Assembly (NCBI GenBank): GCA_001938485.1
Contig: MQRK01168236.1
Location: 1 to 64,000 of the forward strand
DNA length: 64,000 nt
From: Girardia tigrina
Lineage: Eukaryota
Direction of reading: 5' to 3'
In this document: one piece after another, positions 12,486 through 25,442 of the stretch
Layout of the letters: each line of letters opens with the position of its first letter
How positions within the stretch are numbered: position 1 is the first letter of the stretch
The notes under the pieces: generated by a model
Database searches by the model: none
Told to the model about the DNA's origin: nothing
What the model saw: only the letters and a program-made list of their open reading frames with translations
Translations under genes and position numbers: made by a program

Positions 12486-14314
12486 ATATTAATAGAAAGT
12501 AAATTAGTTCGTAATTTCAGATTTCTATGGATGTGTATTTTATATTTTATTAATTATATTTTATACTTACTTAATTAACATATTTATATTATTATTTATT
12601 TTATTACGCTTCTAAATATATATATAAATTATAAATTAAATAATGATTCGTCTGATTCAGATTCTTTTAAAATTAATATGAACTAAAAGTCTTTGTTTAT
12701 TAATTATAATCTCAAGTTATTTGACAATTTTTTCATATATATACACCGATAATGTGTTACAATTTAACCAGTCATCCAAGGTTTGCAATGAGAACCGTTT
12801 CTTTGATACATATAGCCACATTTCAACTGCATTCTTGTAGCCATTTTTAAAAATAACTTCAGGAAATTAAACAACATTGAGGAGAAAAAATTGCTTTGAC
12901 AGAGTAAGTTTCTTGGAAAGTTTTATGTGAATGACGATTGTTATCGTGATTCTGCATTGATGAATTTGAATTTTCAATCATCTCAAAAAAAATTTTATTT
13001 TTAAAAAAAAAGTATTCATATCACCAAAATTCTGTTTCATATATTTTTAAAAAATTTCTAACGGAAATATTTTATTTAGATTAACAAACGCGTGTAAAAT
13101 ATTATGTACACAAAAATAACTGGTTTAAATTTATTTAACTTAATTTTCTTTTTAATAATTTATATGAAAAGTTTTACTTTTAAAAATTAATGTAGTGTCA
13201 AAATTTTTAAATTTCATATTTTAATCACTAACAACATCGATAAGTCAGTGCAATGTTTCACCTGCAAAGTGACTGAAGATTCAACTGAGAAAAACTAACT
13301 GAGCATCACCATATCCGAAACACGACTCATCTCCAGAAGAAGTCTTCCAGAAGAAGTCTATGATATCTCATTTCCCTTTTCCTTTCACTCATATATGAAA
13401 TTTTATAGTTATTTTTATTTTACTTTAGTTTCTCATTAATATTTATTATTTTTATAAATTTTCCAAAAACTGTTAATTTTGAATAATAATTTCCCAACAT
13501 TTATTATTTATTATTGCATCCATTATTATGGAATAATTATGTACAGAAATATTTTATTATCCTTAAAAGTTTTTAATTCATTAAAAAAACATTTTTTTTT
13601 AATTTACTTCTCAAATTTTTGATACTTGTTTTAAAAAATTTAATAATACTTTTTAATGTTTATTTAAATCTCAAAATATTTATAAATTTCGTAGAAAAAC
13701 GAATTTTTTGTTTTTAAAAAAGGTCAAAAAATGGAGTATACTGATGACCACCAAATATTAGAAAAAAATAATTAAAAATAAGAAAGATAAGAAAGATAAA
13801 TGAAAGTGATTGGGTTATAAAGGAGATAAGACGGACTAATTTTTTGTTTCAACATCATGGTCATCTGCTCAATTTGCAAATACATGTTGAAAGTCTTTGA
13901 GAAGTTTAATCTGCAGCTTCATCATGAAGCAACCGAGAATAGATTCATTAAAGAAACAAATATAAACTTCCAATGCTTTTAAATATTTTCCTCCGTTATT
14001 AAAGGAAAGCAATGGTATATATGAACGGATAGTTAATGTTGTGAGGAATATTTTAAATTTGGTATGTTGAGTTTAGTATTGGAAAATTGATATTTTGGAT
14101 GTTCATGATGAATAGTTATTTGAGCATAATTTGCATTTTAAATTATAACATAAGATTTTAAAAATCTTTAAAAATATTAAATCGTTTAAAATTTGAATAA
14201 AAATAATTTTTAACTTATTTTTAAATTAATTAAATAAATGTTTTTCTTCAAATAAAATCATTTTTAAAATTAAATTAATTTTTAGATAAAATTATTACCA
14301 AAATTATAAAAGTA

Positions 14315-15772
14315 CCGGCATTTTCTGTTTTCAAAAATAGGCGCATGCTCCTATTTTTGGGGACAAAAAACTGATTTTTTGCTTCCATTTGAATTGATCA
14401 AAAAATTGATCATAAGAGTCAGATAACAATAACTGTGTAAGCATTCATTATAGCTGTGATGAGTAAATGTATAAAAAATTTAATTTTTATTAATTAAGAC
14501 ATTCTTTTTCCTTATTTAATATATAATTGAATTTATTTTTTATATAAAATGGAATTTCGAGGTAAAATGGCAGTTTCCAAAAATAAGCACATGTGCCTAT
14601 TTTTGGGGACAAAGTGGAACACCTAAAAACATAAAAACTACCGTGTTTCCCCGATAGTAAGACACCCCCGATTGTAAGACGTATCGGGAGTTTCAGAAGG
14701 GTCAGCTAATATAAGCCGTACCCCGAAAGTAAGACATATGTCTTACTTTCGGGGAAACACGGGGGGATTTGCCTACAGTGACGTGTGGTACAAAGAGTGG
14801 GGCTGGGGGTGCGGGCCGCACCCTGGGGTGGGGTGCCAGGCCAGTGCCTTCCCCCTCCGACTGAAGAGACAGCGCCGTTTTGATCAGTCTGCCGACAGGT
14901 GTCACTGGCTCTGTGTCCTCCCGGAAAAAGGTCAGTGCTGGTCATACAGAGAGAGACCAAGGAGGGGGAGCGGATGTGTGAAGAGATTCTCTGCAGCTCT
15001 TATTTTAACCGCAAGATGCAGCTGAGGAGGACTACAAGTCCAAACATACCGGGCTGTGTGGGCTTACAGTTCTCCTCTGCTGGAGCAGCAATAATGTTTT
15101 CCGTGGTTCAAGGACTATCTGTGTGTGGAAATCAATGACTACATTGAAAACCGAATGGAGAGAAATGTACATGGGAACTTTGTGAAGCCCAGACTGTCAG
15201 AGATTGTTAACTGGGTAAAGAATTCTTGGAATAAGATCACTAACACCTGCGTTGCAAATGCACTGCGAGCTGGCTACCTGGAAAAAGCCTGCTCATTTCA
15301 GGACAGTGCCGTTGCTACCCATGAGAAATATGGGCCAATGATTCGGCAAGAAATGTCTTCCCGAGAGTCCCAAGAAAATCCACAGGAACCTAAGAGTGCG
15401 GATGTTTATGATGATATCCCGAAGAATGATGACATGGTTGTCATGGAATAAATCTGTTTTATCTTCCAGTATTCCCCTGTTCGTTCTTACCATTTTTCAT
15501 TGTTCTACATGTTATGCAATGTTGTAACAGACATTCTTGGCACTTCCTTTTATTAACCTGTTTTGTGGTGAATACAATACTATTCAGGTTGTTAATAAAT
15601 GTTAATTTTATGGTTAAAACAAAAAATTCGACAATTTTTTCCCAATATAAGACATACCCCGAAAGTTAGACATAGTGGGGCTTTTAGGGATAAAAAGAAA
15701 GTAAGACAATGTCTTACTTTCGGGGAAACACGGTAAATACAAGCGCATGCGCTTATTTACGGAAAATCCCGG
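14315..15772. mobile_element. pogo/Tc1-mariner-superfamily MITE (TA TSD)
   Basis: TA|CCGGCATTTTCTGT...ACGGAAAATCCCGG|TA, with subterminal AAATA(G/A)GCGCATG repeats at both ends. Confidence 0.8.
14641..15733 (+). mobile_element. pogo-like deletion derivative with near-perfect TIRs
   Basis: TA|CCGTGTTTCCCCGATAGTAAGACA...TGTCTTACTTTCGGGGAAACACGG|TA (23/24 TIR match). Internal DDE_1 C-terminal fragment GNFVKPRLSEIVNWVKNSWNKITNTCVANALRAGYL (15125-15451). Confidence 0.9.
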
Positions 15773-16639
15773 TAGAATTTTAAAAATAAAATTTGAAAAT
15801 CATTTCAAATAAAAATTTGTTCGAATTTATTAAGGAGACATTAACAAAAGTTAATCAACTTAGAAAGATGTCAAATTATGAAAGTTTTGCTGAGAAATGT
15901 TCCAATGACAATTCAAATTGTGATGAAAATAAAGTTGTGAAAACCCATATTGGTGTTCTTAATAAATGTGATGTAAGGAAAGAACTTGTATAGAAAAGTA
16001 TTCACATCAATATAATATTTGTTTCTACAACTAAATTTTTTAAATATGTACAACTTAGAATCGGAAAAGTCAAGAAGTATTATAATGCAGAAGATATGAA
16101 TATGTTTGGACATAGCATACATTAATGCAAAATATGAAGATTGATGTCCATAACATTATTTTTTTTACAGTTTCACTGCATTATTCACAAATAAATACTT
16201 TCACCTAATGTTATGAAATTTTAAAATTCCATGGACATAGTCATTCACAGTAACGCTACGAATCGCAAAACATTCTGAACATTCTTAAGTAAAGTTGATG
16301 CAAAATATAGAAACATGTTGTCTTTCTATGAAGTAGGGTATCTTAATTAGCTTTTATTGTTGAGGTTATTGGCAGATCATCTCAAAACATAAAAGACAAT
16401 GCTAAAAAACGAAAGGAAGAGTTTTATTTATAGAAATTTAAAGTTCACAGTTAAAAATATAGTTATTTACTTTAAAAATTTATTATTTTCTCAGATCAAA
16501 GCAATGATTAAAAATACAAAACAAATATTAAAAATCAAGTTATTCCGTGATGCATTATATTTTTAGAAAGAAAATTTTTAAATGTATGAAAATCCATGTA
16601 AATTGTAACTAACAAGTACCCATCATCGTTTATAGAATT

Positions 16640-16960
16640 AAAAACATTTCTTGAACTTTTCCGATCTCCCCGAACTCTTTCAAGTGCTGAAACATGGTTG
16701 CCTTGTCTATTTCAAGGTACTTGTCAACATTTTGTTGTATTTGCGTTGGATTTTCATCAAAGCAAGCTCTCCAAATGATCATTAAGCAGCTTTTTGGGCC
16801 TTAGTTCTCTTGGCTCTATCATGGAACCTTCCAAACCACTTTCGACAAGCCCCTTGAACCGACGCTTTATTCCCATAAACGGCACAATTTTTTCTAGCTG
16901 CGTCAGACAAGAGTTTTTCTTCATGGATTTTTAAAAGTATTAAATGACGGATGTGAATGA
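16640..16960 (-). mobile_element. mariner transposase N-terminal (HTH_48) remnant
   Basis: HIRHLIL...AARK.CAVYGNKASVQGACRKWFGRF...ENP.Q...L...LEIDKATMFQHLKE, frameshifted. Confidence 0.75.
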
Positions 16961-17299
16961 TATCGAAATTCCTCTCAAAATAAGCTCAATTAAAATGCCT
17001 TGATTGAAAAAGTCTTATAAAATAAAAACTATACTAATTATGAAACTCATTGAAAACTAAATCAATATTTTAATCAATTTGATTATAAAATATAACTGTA
17101 TCAAAAGAATGAGCATAACTAACCTTTGAATACACTTAATAGAAAAGACTTCAAGGAGAGCAGTTTAGAATCAGATTTTTAAAAACTGAACAATTTTACA
17201 GAATCAATGATATGTATATTTGGAAGTACATAAATTTGTGATTAAACATTTTGTGTTTGATTTGATTTTAGATTTTTGATTGATTTTTGATTTACTATG

Positions 17300-17835
17300 T
17301 AAAAAGTCCCAAGCGGAATCCAGAGAATAAATAAGATTATTGTAGAAGAGATCCAAGAACCTCAGGAAGGCATGTTAGCGATGAAAGAAATGGAATATGA
17401 ACATACTATTCCTGAGGGTGTAGAAGAATTTGATCCAGCCGCCCTAGAAGCACTCGTACAATCTTATAGTTACAGAGTAGGAGTGCAACAGGGGGGAGTA
17501 TTATGTGTTGAGGATCAAACAGGATCAAATGATCAATCTGAGGATGAGCTAGTCTTCAATCTAGATAGGACGAGGAGTGGAGATTCATCGGAGGATGAAG
17601 AAAACTCATCATGGGAGGAAGACTTGACCTTCGATGATGAGTTATTAAGGATGCAGTGATTGAAAGTGTCGGGCTTTGCGGAAACGTTCATCCAAGTGAT
17701 GGGTGCGGGGGTAAGCCGCTAGTGAAAGAACCCCTGTGGAAACCAGGGCCGGTGTAAAGGACGCCTTCGGGCCGATACATGTGGCGAATTTATTTATGTA
17801 CCAACCGAGCACTTTTGCTCAATGACAAAAAAAAA
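17300..17835 (+). mobile_element. 3' end of an RLE-type (NeSL/Utopia-like) non-LTR retrotransposon, copy 1
   Basis: GIQRINKI...GVEEFDPAALEALVQSYSYR is homologous to GIHRLNRV...DVENIDLRALNEFFNS*SYR of the 30.5-31.1 kb copy. Followed by an acidic tail, a structured 3' UTR and a short A-run. Confidence 0.6.
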
Positions 17836-18191
17836 CATAGCAAAGATTTTGTATTTATTTACTTTTCTTTAAAAATACTTGAAAGCTTTTCATTTTTCTT
17901 GAAGTTTAATAATCTTCCATAATATTTTGGGGAAATAAACTCAGGGACTTTCAAATTTGATTTGTTTTGAGAGTTTATTATTCGAATTTCCTTTGGCTAA
18001 GTTTATCCATTTTAATTTGCTTTTGTAATGTTTCGTATTGTTTTTTCTATATTTAAACCAGATATATATTAATAGAACTATTCTTATTTTTCTTATTTAT
18101 TACACTATATAAATGTGAGTCTATCTGATACATTAAAATAATTGGTAATCCCATGACCTAAATGATCTTAGCACTTTCGAAAGCAAGATAT

Positions 18192-18490
18192 ACATGTTAG
18201 GTTGGATAAGTAAACCGGCCTGACAAAGAAAACGAATTCTAAAAAAAACCATTTTTATAAAACAACAAGCTTAACGTATGTAGGCATGATTCTTCAACAT
18301 AATGCAATTTTGCTCCAAAAACTTCTGCCAACAAATAATCAACTCAGAAAACACCTTTTTGCAAAATTCTGTGGGTATGTGGCGAAGAAATCCTCCTCGG
18401 TGACCTTCAAATCTTTTTTGGATCACAACTGGGCCGCATATCAAATGATTCTTTAACTGCCTAATTTGGGATGTAAAGTGGATAGCCCAC
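18192..18490 (-). mobile_element. mariner 3' end remnant
   Basis: F..IPTEFCKKVFSELIICWQKFLEQN resembles the mariner C-terminus. TIR-like sequence near 18195-18230. Confidence 0.55.
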
Positions 18491-20111
18491 AAAACAATTA
18501 CTGAAATTATAAACTATATTAATTTATTTATTCACAAAAAAAACTAAAATTTGCTATTACATTTTTTACCTCTCGTCGGGTACTTATTGAACGCAACACG
18601 TATATTACAATTCTTCAGTCAAAATTTGACGACAAAACATTACAAAATAATGAAAAATCCCTTTTTCTTGTACTTTATTCCCGGGTTGAAAACTCCACTT
18701 ATTGATGTTAAGGCTTTGGTGTTTGAACTATTTACAAATAGAACGACATCTCTGGCTGCACTATGTATATACACAGAATAATAATGTTTATTTTACTGGA
18801 TTTATAATGTATTTAATCGGTAATTACGAATGCATCTGCAGTCATAAGAGACCAACATAACTGTCAAACTGTTATATTATAAGAATCAAAGTTACTATTA
18901 AACATTCTGTCAGTTGGAAAAATTTGCTATATAACCATGACTTATGTAACTGAAGTTTAGAAATTTTTATGTTATAATCAGATCGAATTTCGATTGTTAG
19001 ATTTACATTTCGATATTTGAATACTTTGAAAAATTTCCATTCAAGATCTTTGGATGTTTTCTGTTTGTAAGGAGAAAAAGAGATTTCAGGAATACGATCA
19101 TTCTTTGAATCATTATCATTCGACTGAAAGTTATCCGATTTCTAAATTTGATTCCTTCTTCTACTTCTAATAACTCTAGCTTACTAAAAATACTTCCAAC
19201 AATTTTTCTAAGTTTCCACTGAAAGGTACTGAGTTTACGTACAGTAATCAGTAGGGACGATGGCGAGGCCCACGAGATTTTTACATACTTCTTACGTTGT
19301 GAAAGGGTTTTCTTATGAATATTTACAACAGTAATATTTTAGGGTTATCGTAATCAAACTACTCTGTTTTTATTATTTCTAGATAATATACATATTTTAC
19401 GTAAGTAATGAAAGCATTAATTAATTGCTGACTGTAAAACTAGTTAATAAACGGATACGATATGTTGATTTATTAACTCGTTTTAACAAATGTTAATATA
19501 TATAATAATAATAAATTTTAATTTGACTAAACTACATTAATAAATAATGAACTAACAGGAAAATCACAAATGTGTGCTGTCACAGTGAAACAGAAATAAA
19601 GTTGATTGTTAAATAATTGGAAAATCGATATAAAATCTTGATAATTTGATTTGTTATTTGAGTAATTAAAGACGCGGCGATTGTTCTGATCGACGATGAG
19701 ATGAACAGAGGACGGGTCGTCAGTAGTCAAATAAATTGAATTGCAATTGCAAATATTAGAATTATTAATCGAGCTCAAGGGAGATTCTTCGAGTTAGAAA
19801 CAATTGTTGGGTTTTGTAGAATTATTGTTATTGATATTGACGACTGCCGATGGCGACGAATAAGGATGGGAATTGAAGTGAAATTGAGATTGATATTTGA
19901 GATAGCGAATGTTGTTGTCGAATTGTTTCTTGAATTATTATTGTTGAATGTTTTTCTGTTGATTTATTAGCAATTTGACTTTAATCTGTTCTTCGATACA
20001 CGCGAATCATTTTTCGGTTTGTGGCACTAAATTTAGGTGAATTAGATAAAACGAGTATTACATTTTTAATATCGATTTTTTATGTATCGATTTCTTTTAT
20101 TTTTTTATTTA

Positions 20112-20160
<49 letters not shown>

Positions 20161-20607
20161 TATATTTATATATATATGAGTGACTGTAGGTCACTACAGT
20201 GGGAAAATTGTTAGTGTACTCCTTACATTTTAAAATATTTCTTTGTTTTAATTCACCTATAGATTGCATAAAAGTAAAACTTAAATACTCAAAATATGTT
20301 CTTTATTTAGTGGAGAATATAGAATAAAAATTATCGTGTCATTAAGTAAATTGATAAAAAAAAACAAATAAAAGAACCTCAAAGTTGTCGAAAGAAATTG
20401 TAACAAAAATGTTCAAAAAATTGCATAAAAGTCAAAAATTAATTTAGAGGAAAAAAAAATAATTTAATTATTTCTTTTGGTTTCTTTTTTGTAATTTTGT
20501 TATTCTCATTTTTTAATGATTTTTCTATTCTTTTATATTGTTTGTTAAAAGATTGTTTTTTTAGTTGTTAGATATTCATCTATATTAATAATTTATTTTA
20601 TTATTTG

Positions 20608-20609
<2 letters not shown>

Positions 20610-20638
<29 letters not shown>

Positions 20639-20688
20639 NNNNNNNNNNNNNNNNNNNNNNNNNNNNNNNNNNNNNNNNNNNNNNNNNN

Positions 20689-20733
<45 letters not shown>
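20610..20733. repeat. (TA)n microsatellite with gap; another (TA)n lies at about 20115-20155
   Basis: Direct observation. Confidence 0.95.
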
Positions 20734-20736
<3 letters not shown>

Positions 20737-20754
20737 CGAGTCTTGTGAACCTAA

Positions 20755-21210
20755 GTTTAATATTTTGAAAATATAATTTGATTAAAGCTTTTTTATGTAA
20801 TTATTGGACATGTTTCGATGTTTACATACATCATCATCAGCAACTTTTAATACAATTTTAATAGATACATTTACTTTAAAAGGCCTATTACGAATTAAAT
20901 ATTATTATTTATTAAAGTGTTCTAGGGTAATAATGGCAAAAATATTTTAATTAAAAATTTTAAGTATTGAAATAACCTTACTTTGCCCATTCTGAATGTT
21001 AATTGATGGGTTGTAGTGTCTTATTAGTAGAGATTCACAAAACTGTCGTTCGTAATGTGAATCAAATCCCTTTCGTAGAACAGAAAACTCATCTTTTGAA
21101 ATGGATGAGGTTCTATCCTTACAACATAACCAATGATCAAGAACCTTACTCGAACGACTCATTTGCGAGTGCTCGCTAATCCGGGTTTTCAGATGACGAT
21201 TTGTCTATCC
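20755..21210 (-). mobile_element. Penelope-like element 3' end (GIY-YIG endonuclease C-terminal half plus pLTR)
   Basis: IG*TNRHLKTRISEHSQMSRSSKVLDHW...F.VL....ERQFCESLLIRHYNPSINIQ, i.e. the GxT...R..EH...E...I....P.+N GIY-YIG signature. Confidence 0.85.
20803..20844 (-). ncRNA. Minimal type I hammerhead ribozyme (Penelope-associated), apparently intact
   Basis: Minus strand reads GUUG-CUGAUGA-U-GAUGU(augua.a)ACAUC-GAAA-CAUG-UC^CAAU. It has the core CUGAUGA/GAAA, a 5-bp stem II, a palindromic stem III ACAUGU, a GUC cleavage triplet and stem I UUG/CAA. Confidence 0.85.
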
Positions 21211-21412
21211 GATGTTTTACTTTTTGAACTTTTAAACATTTATTCAACATAAAGTGTAAATATAAGATTCTTTCAAATAAATAAATATAATTAAATTAAA
21301 TCTTAGTAAAATACCCTACAGAGTATTTTCATTTTAAAACCATTATTACCAAATAATACTTTAATAAATAATAATATTTAATTCGTAATATACCTTTTAA
21401 AGTTAATGTATC

Positions 21413-24400
21413 TGTTGGGTTCTTGATCAAAATTATAATTCATTAACACCAAATTTTATTTTTTAATTATAATTGCTTAGAAAACTTTTGATTTTAAATA
21501 TTTCCTTATTTTAAAAATTCTTTATAAAAATTAAATGTTTCAAAAATTTTAAGAGTGAGTCTGTCCTTCACATTCCCCGGTTTTTTGAAATTTTTTAAAT
21601 TTTTCAACATTTCGTATTATTTGTTTATCATTTGTATCCTTCAGCCTATAGCTCCTATCATGAATCTTTTCTATGATTTCATATGGTCCCTCAAAATCTG
21701 TCTTTGCATTTCGTTCTTATTTCCTTCTGTATCCAGACCATATCTTCAACTTTGTATACTCTTTTGGTCTCATTTCCTTTCAGGATGTTCTTTTCTTTTA
21801 TTATTTGTCTTGTATTATCTCGGTCTATTTTGCTTCCACTGTACAACTGTTGTCTGTCTATTTTCTTACTAAACACCACTTCCGCTGGAATGCATCCCAT
21901 TATTTTTTGTTTTGTTGCGTTTTATACGAATTCCACTTCTGGTAATATATGTGCCCAACTGATGGCATTCCTTTCTATTAAACTAGCTTGAATGAATTCT
22001 TGAATGGTCCTGAATTGTCTTTCGATTATTTCATTTGTATTGTGGTGGTATGGACTGGAGAAAATTATTTTAACGCCTTTATTCTCCAACATTTCTCTAA
22101 CTTTTTTTGCCTCGAAACTCTTTCCACAATCAACAAGTATCTTCTTTTGTCCACCAAATTTTAATATCCATTTTTGTAATATTGTTTGTACAATTGTGTC
22201 TTTTGATTGCCGTCAAGCTGATGTACTTGCTAAAGTGATCTATCATTCTGAGAATGTATCTTTCACTTCTTACTGTCTCATGCCACGGTCATATATATCT
22301 ATATAAACCTTTTCAAATATTTCTGACGCTGTTATTTTAAAGTTTTCTTCCTTTGTCTTCGTGATCATTGTCTTTGTTTGTTGGCACTCTATACATGTTC
22401 CGACTACCTCCTTTACTGTTTTCTTTTCTTTTTCCATATCAAACTGGTCCCTTAGATATTCATATACTTTTTCTTCTCCTATATGACACAATAATCTATG
22501 TGTCTGTATGATTAAATCGTTCCGTTTTTCTTTTGCTATCCATTCTTTTTGACCTGCTCTTACTGGGATCCTTGTAGTCACTGCTAACAATCTAGTCTTA
22601 TTCTGACCCTTTTCAGCTTCTTCATGTTCCATTTGACACTGGGTACACGTGTCGCAATTTTGTCTGGATAGCATATCCGCGTTGTTGTGTAGTTCTCCTT
22701 TCCTGTATTTTATTTCTATATCTAAACTGCTCAAGTAATTCATCCACGTTTGGAATTGAGCTATTAATGGTTTCTTTGTATGAAACATGAACGTTATAAC
22801 TTTATGTTCCGTTCTCAGTTTAAATTTTTTCCCGTACAAGTAATGATTGAAATGTTGGCAGAAGTAAAAAATTGCCAAAAGTTCTTTTCTTGTTATGCAA
22901 TATCATTTTTCGTGTGCTGACATAGAATTTGATCCATATGCTATTACTTGCTCCTAGTCTGATTCAACAATCTGCGATAATACCGCCCCTATGCTGTCAA
23001 AACTAGCGTCTGTATCTAGAATAAACTGTCTCTCGAAATTTGGAAAAGTCAATATATATCCGTTATCAATGCTTTGTTCATGTCCTGAAAAGCTATTTCA
23101 CATGTATCTGTCCAAATTAATTTTTCTTTATTCGAGCCATACATTCCTTCCAACATTTTAGTTTTCTTCGCATATCCATTTATGAACCTTCTGTAGTAAT
23201 TGCAAATTCCTAGAAAACTTCTTAAATTTTTTATACATGTGGGTCTTTGAAAATTCTCTATTGCTGCTATTTTTCCGGGTCTGTCTGTATCCTTTTATCA
23301 TTTATAACGTGTCCTAAAAATTTTACATCTGTCGTAATATTTTACATTTCGTTGGTTTGATTCATAATCCTGTCTCCTTTATTCTTCCAAATAATTCTTT
23401 GACTACGTTATAATGTTCTTCCTTTGTACTTGTTGCTATTAATATGTCTTCCAGATAAACTGATGCTCCCTTCTTTATCGGTTTTAATACTTTGTTTATT
23501 AGTTCCTGAAATATTCCTGGGGCTGCTGCTATCCCGAAAGGCATCCGTTTAAAACAGAATTGTCCTGATTTAGTGGAAAACGCCGTTTTTTCCTGTGATT
23601 CTTTGTCCAATTCTACCTGGTAGTACGCGTTTCCTAAGTCTATTGTGCTGAAATATTTGGTTCCATATAGCCTATCCATCATTTCCGCTATATTTGGTAT
23701 GGGGAATGCCTGTCTCTTTGTAATTAGGTTTAACTGTCTGAAATCTAGACACAGTCTGATTTCATCCTTGTCTTTTTTCCAAACGCATACTATTGGTGTA
23801 TTCCATTGTGAATTACATGGCTTTATTATTCCATTTTCCTCTAGATTTTTGATTGCTTCATCAAGTTTGTCCTCTAAGTGCACTGGCTACCTTCTCGGTT
23901 TTATGTTTATAGGTCCCCTGTTGTTTCTATTCTGTGTCGTAACTAGTTCCTACAGCCGATATCCCAATCGTTCGCCAGGAATATGCTTTGATATTGGTGA
24001 ATTATTTCTTCTAGGGCTTTATCATTTCGCATATCGATCATTTTCAATGCTTCCTTTCCTCATTCTTCGTCTGTGATTCCTTTTCCAAACTTTGCCTCGA
24101 TTTTGCATATGTTAATTTTACTCGTATCCTGTTGTTTATCTTATTTCCATTGTAGCTCTATTCCGAATTCTTTCATTAATCGCATGCCTTCAATCATGGC
24201 TGGTCTTAAATTATTGACTATTATAAATCTTTTTTTTCTATATTATCTCGCTCTTCCCGGTATTCTTCATTCTCCATCATCGCGATCTGTCTTCCTCTTT
24301 CGAATCCTCTTCTGTAGTCGTCTGAGTTCCGGTTTCCTGAGCTTTTCATTTGGGCACCTGAGAATTGTCGGCTATCACTTTGGGTTCTCCTTTGATAATC

Positions 24401-25377
24401 AGTTCTTTCTTGATATCGTTTATTCAAATTCGTTTAACATTCTTCAGCTCTATGTCCTGGATTGTTACATCTTTCACATCTTACTTTTTTCCATTCTCAT
24501 CGCACATGACCTTCTCCACATGCATGGCACATGATCTTCTTCTGACTTTTAGATTCATAACTTTTATGTCCTACTTCCTTACAGTTCCAACATGTGATAT
24601 TGTTCTGCATAGTAGATCGTCTAACAAAGGAATCTCTTTTCCTCGTCATGTTTCTTGTTGCCATTGGTGTGCCTGTTTTGATCACATCTCTATATGTTGG
24701 TCATATTGCGTGTACCGCCTTTTCCATTCTCCGGACTTCGTCTACTTTCTTGATGACTTCCTTCACTTCTGTTAATTCTTTCACTTCTCTAAATCTGATT
24801 TCTTTCATCACGTCACTATCTTTTGACCCGTGAATCAGAAGGCATTTCTCTACCTCCGTCTCTGTCCACTCATGTTTCATCAATTTTGCCGCCAACTTTT
24901 TTGCTTTAACGAAGAATTCTTCCACTGATTCTCCAGATCTCTCGAAGTTTACCACCTCCATCAAATTCTCCATTAATGTGCTTTTCGTCTGGAAAGCTTG
25001 TCGTAGACGGGCTTCATATCCCTTCACTTCGGGACCCACACTTTCGTATATTGTTACGAATTCGTGTGACAGTAAACCAATTACCAATATCTTTAGCATA
25101 CTTTCCGATACTTTGGCCACTTTGCGCAAGCCGAAATGAATGTTTCAACATTATCTTGTAGCGTAAATTTATCTGGTATGAGCCTCGAAATTAGTTGTTT
25201 GCTGGCGATGGTCGACATGTTGGGTTCTTGATCAAAATTATAATTTATTAATACCAAATTTTATTTTTTACTTATAATTGCTTAGAAAACTTTTGATTTT
25301 AAATATTTCCTTATTTTAAAAATTATTTATAAAAATTAATTGTTTCAAAAATTTTAAGAGTGAGCCCGTCCTTTACC
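21413..25377 (-). mobile_element. Ty3/Gypsy LTR retrotransposon, internally deleted and pseudogenised, with both LTRs
   Basis: 160-bp LTRs at 21413-21572 and 25218-25377 (about 9 differences by eye) and a TATC TSD. PBS-like TGTCGACCATCGCC follows the 5' LTR; PPT-like AAAAAACCGGGGAA precedes the 3' LTR. Contains gag with zinc knuckles (CWNCKEVGH, CHACGEGH), RT (RLCLDFRQLN, MPFG, YLED instead of YxDD), RNase H (LDTDAS, TEHK, NADMLSR) and integrase H2C2 plus a partial core. Confidence 0.95.
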
Positions 25378-25400
25378 TATCTATTAAAATTGTATTAAAA

Positions 25401-25442
25401 TTGCTGATGATGATGTATATAAACATCGAAACATATTTAATA
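25401..25442 (+). ncRNA. Hammerhead ribozyme copy 2 (mutated near the cleavage site)
   Basis: TTG-CTGATGA-T-GATGT ATATAA ACATC-GAAA-CATATTTAA. Core is intact, but ACATGTCC has become ACATATTT. Confidence 0.7.

Larger units (their letters stand above)
14040..15964 (+). mobile_element. Solo LTR (family A) with 5-bp TSD, interrupted by two nested DNA transposons
   Basis: Begins TGTGAGGAATATTTT and ends GGTGTTCTTAATA. TSD AATGT at 14035-14039 and 15965-15969. Colinear with 50586-51098. Confidence 0.9.
13690..16380 (+). mobile_element. Degenerate Buster/SPIN-like hAT transposase remnant hosting nested insertions
   Basis: 5' part encodes the zinc finger VICSICKYMLKVFEKFNLQLHHE. The 3' part (16170-16350) has FHCIIH...FL..VDAKY...EV(R)(W)L-like motifs. 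Confidence 0.7.

Noticed and set aside
19527-20010. N/S-rich minus-strand ORF
   Set aside because: Low complexity, in-frame stop upstream, no recognisable domain.
21555-25161. Many plus-strand hydrophobic ORFs
   Set aside because: Antisense shadows of the A-rich Gypsy gag-pol on the minus strand.
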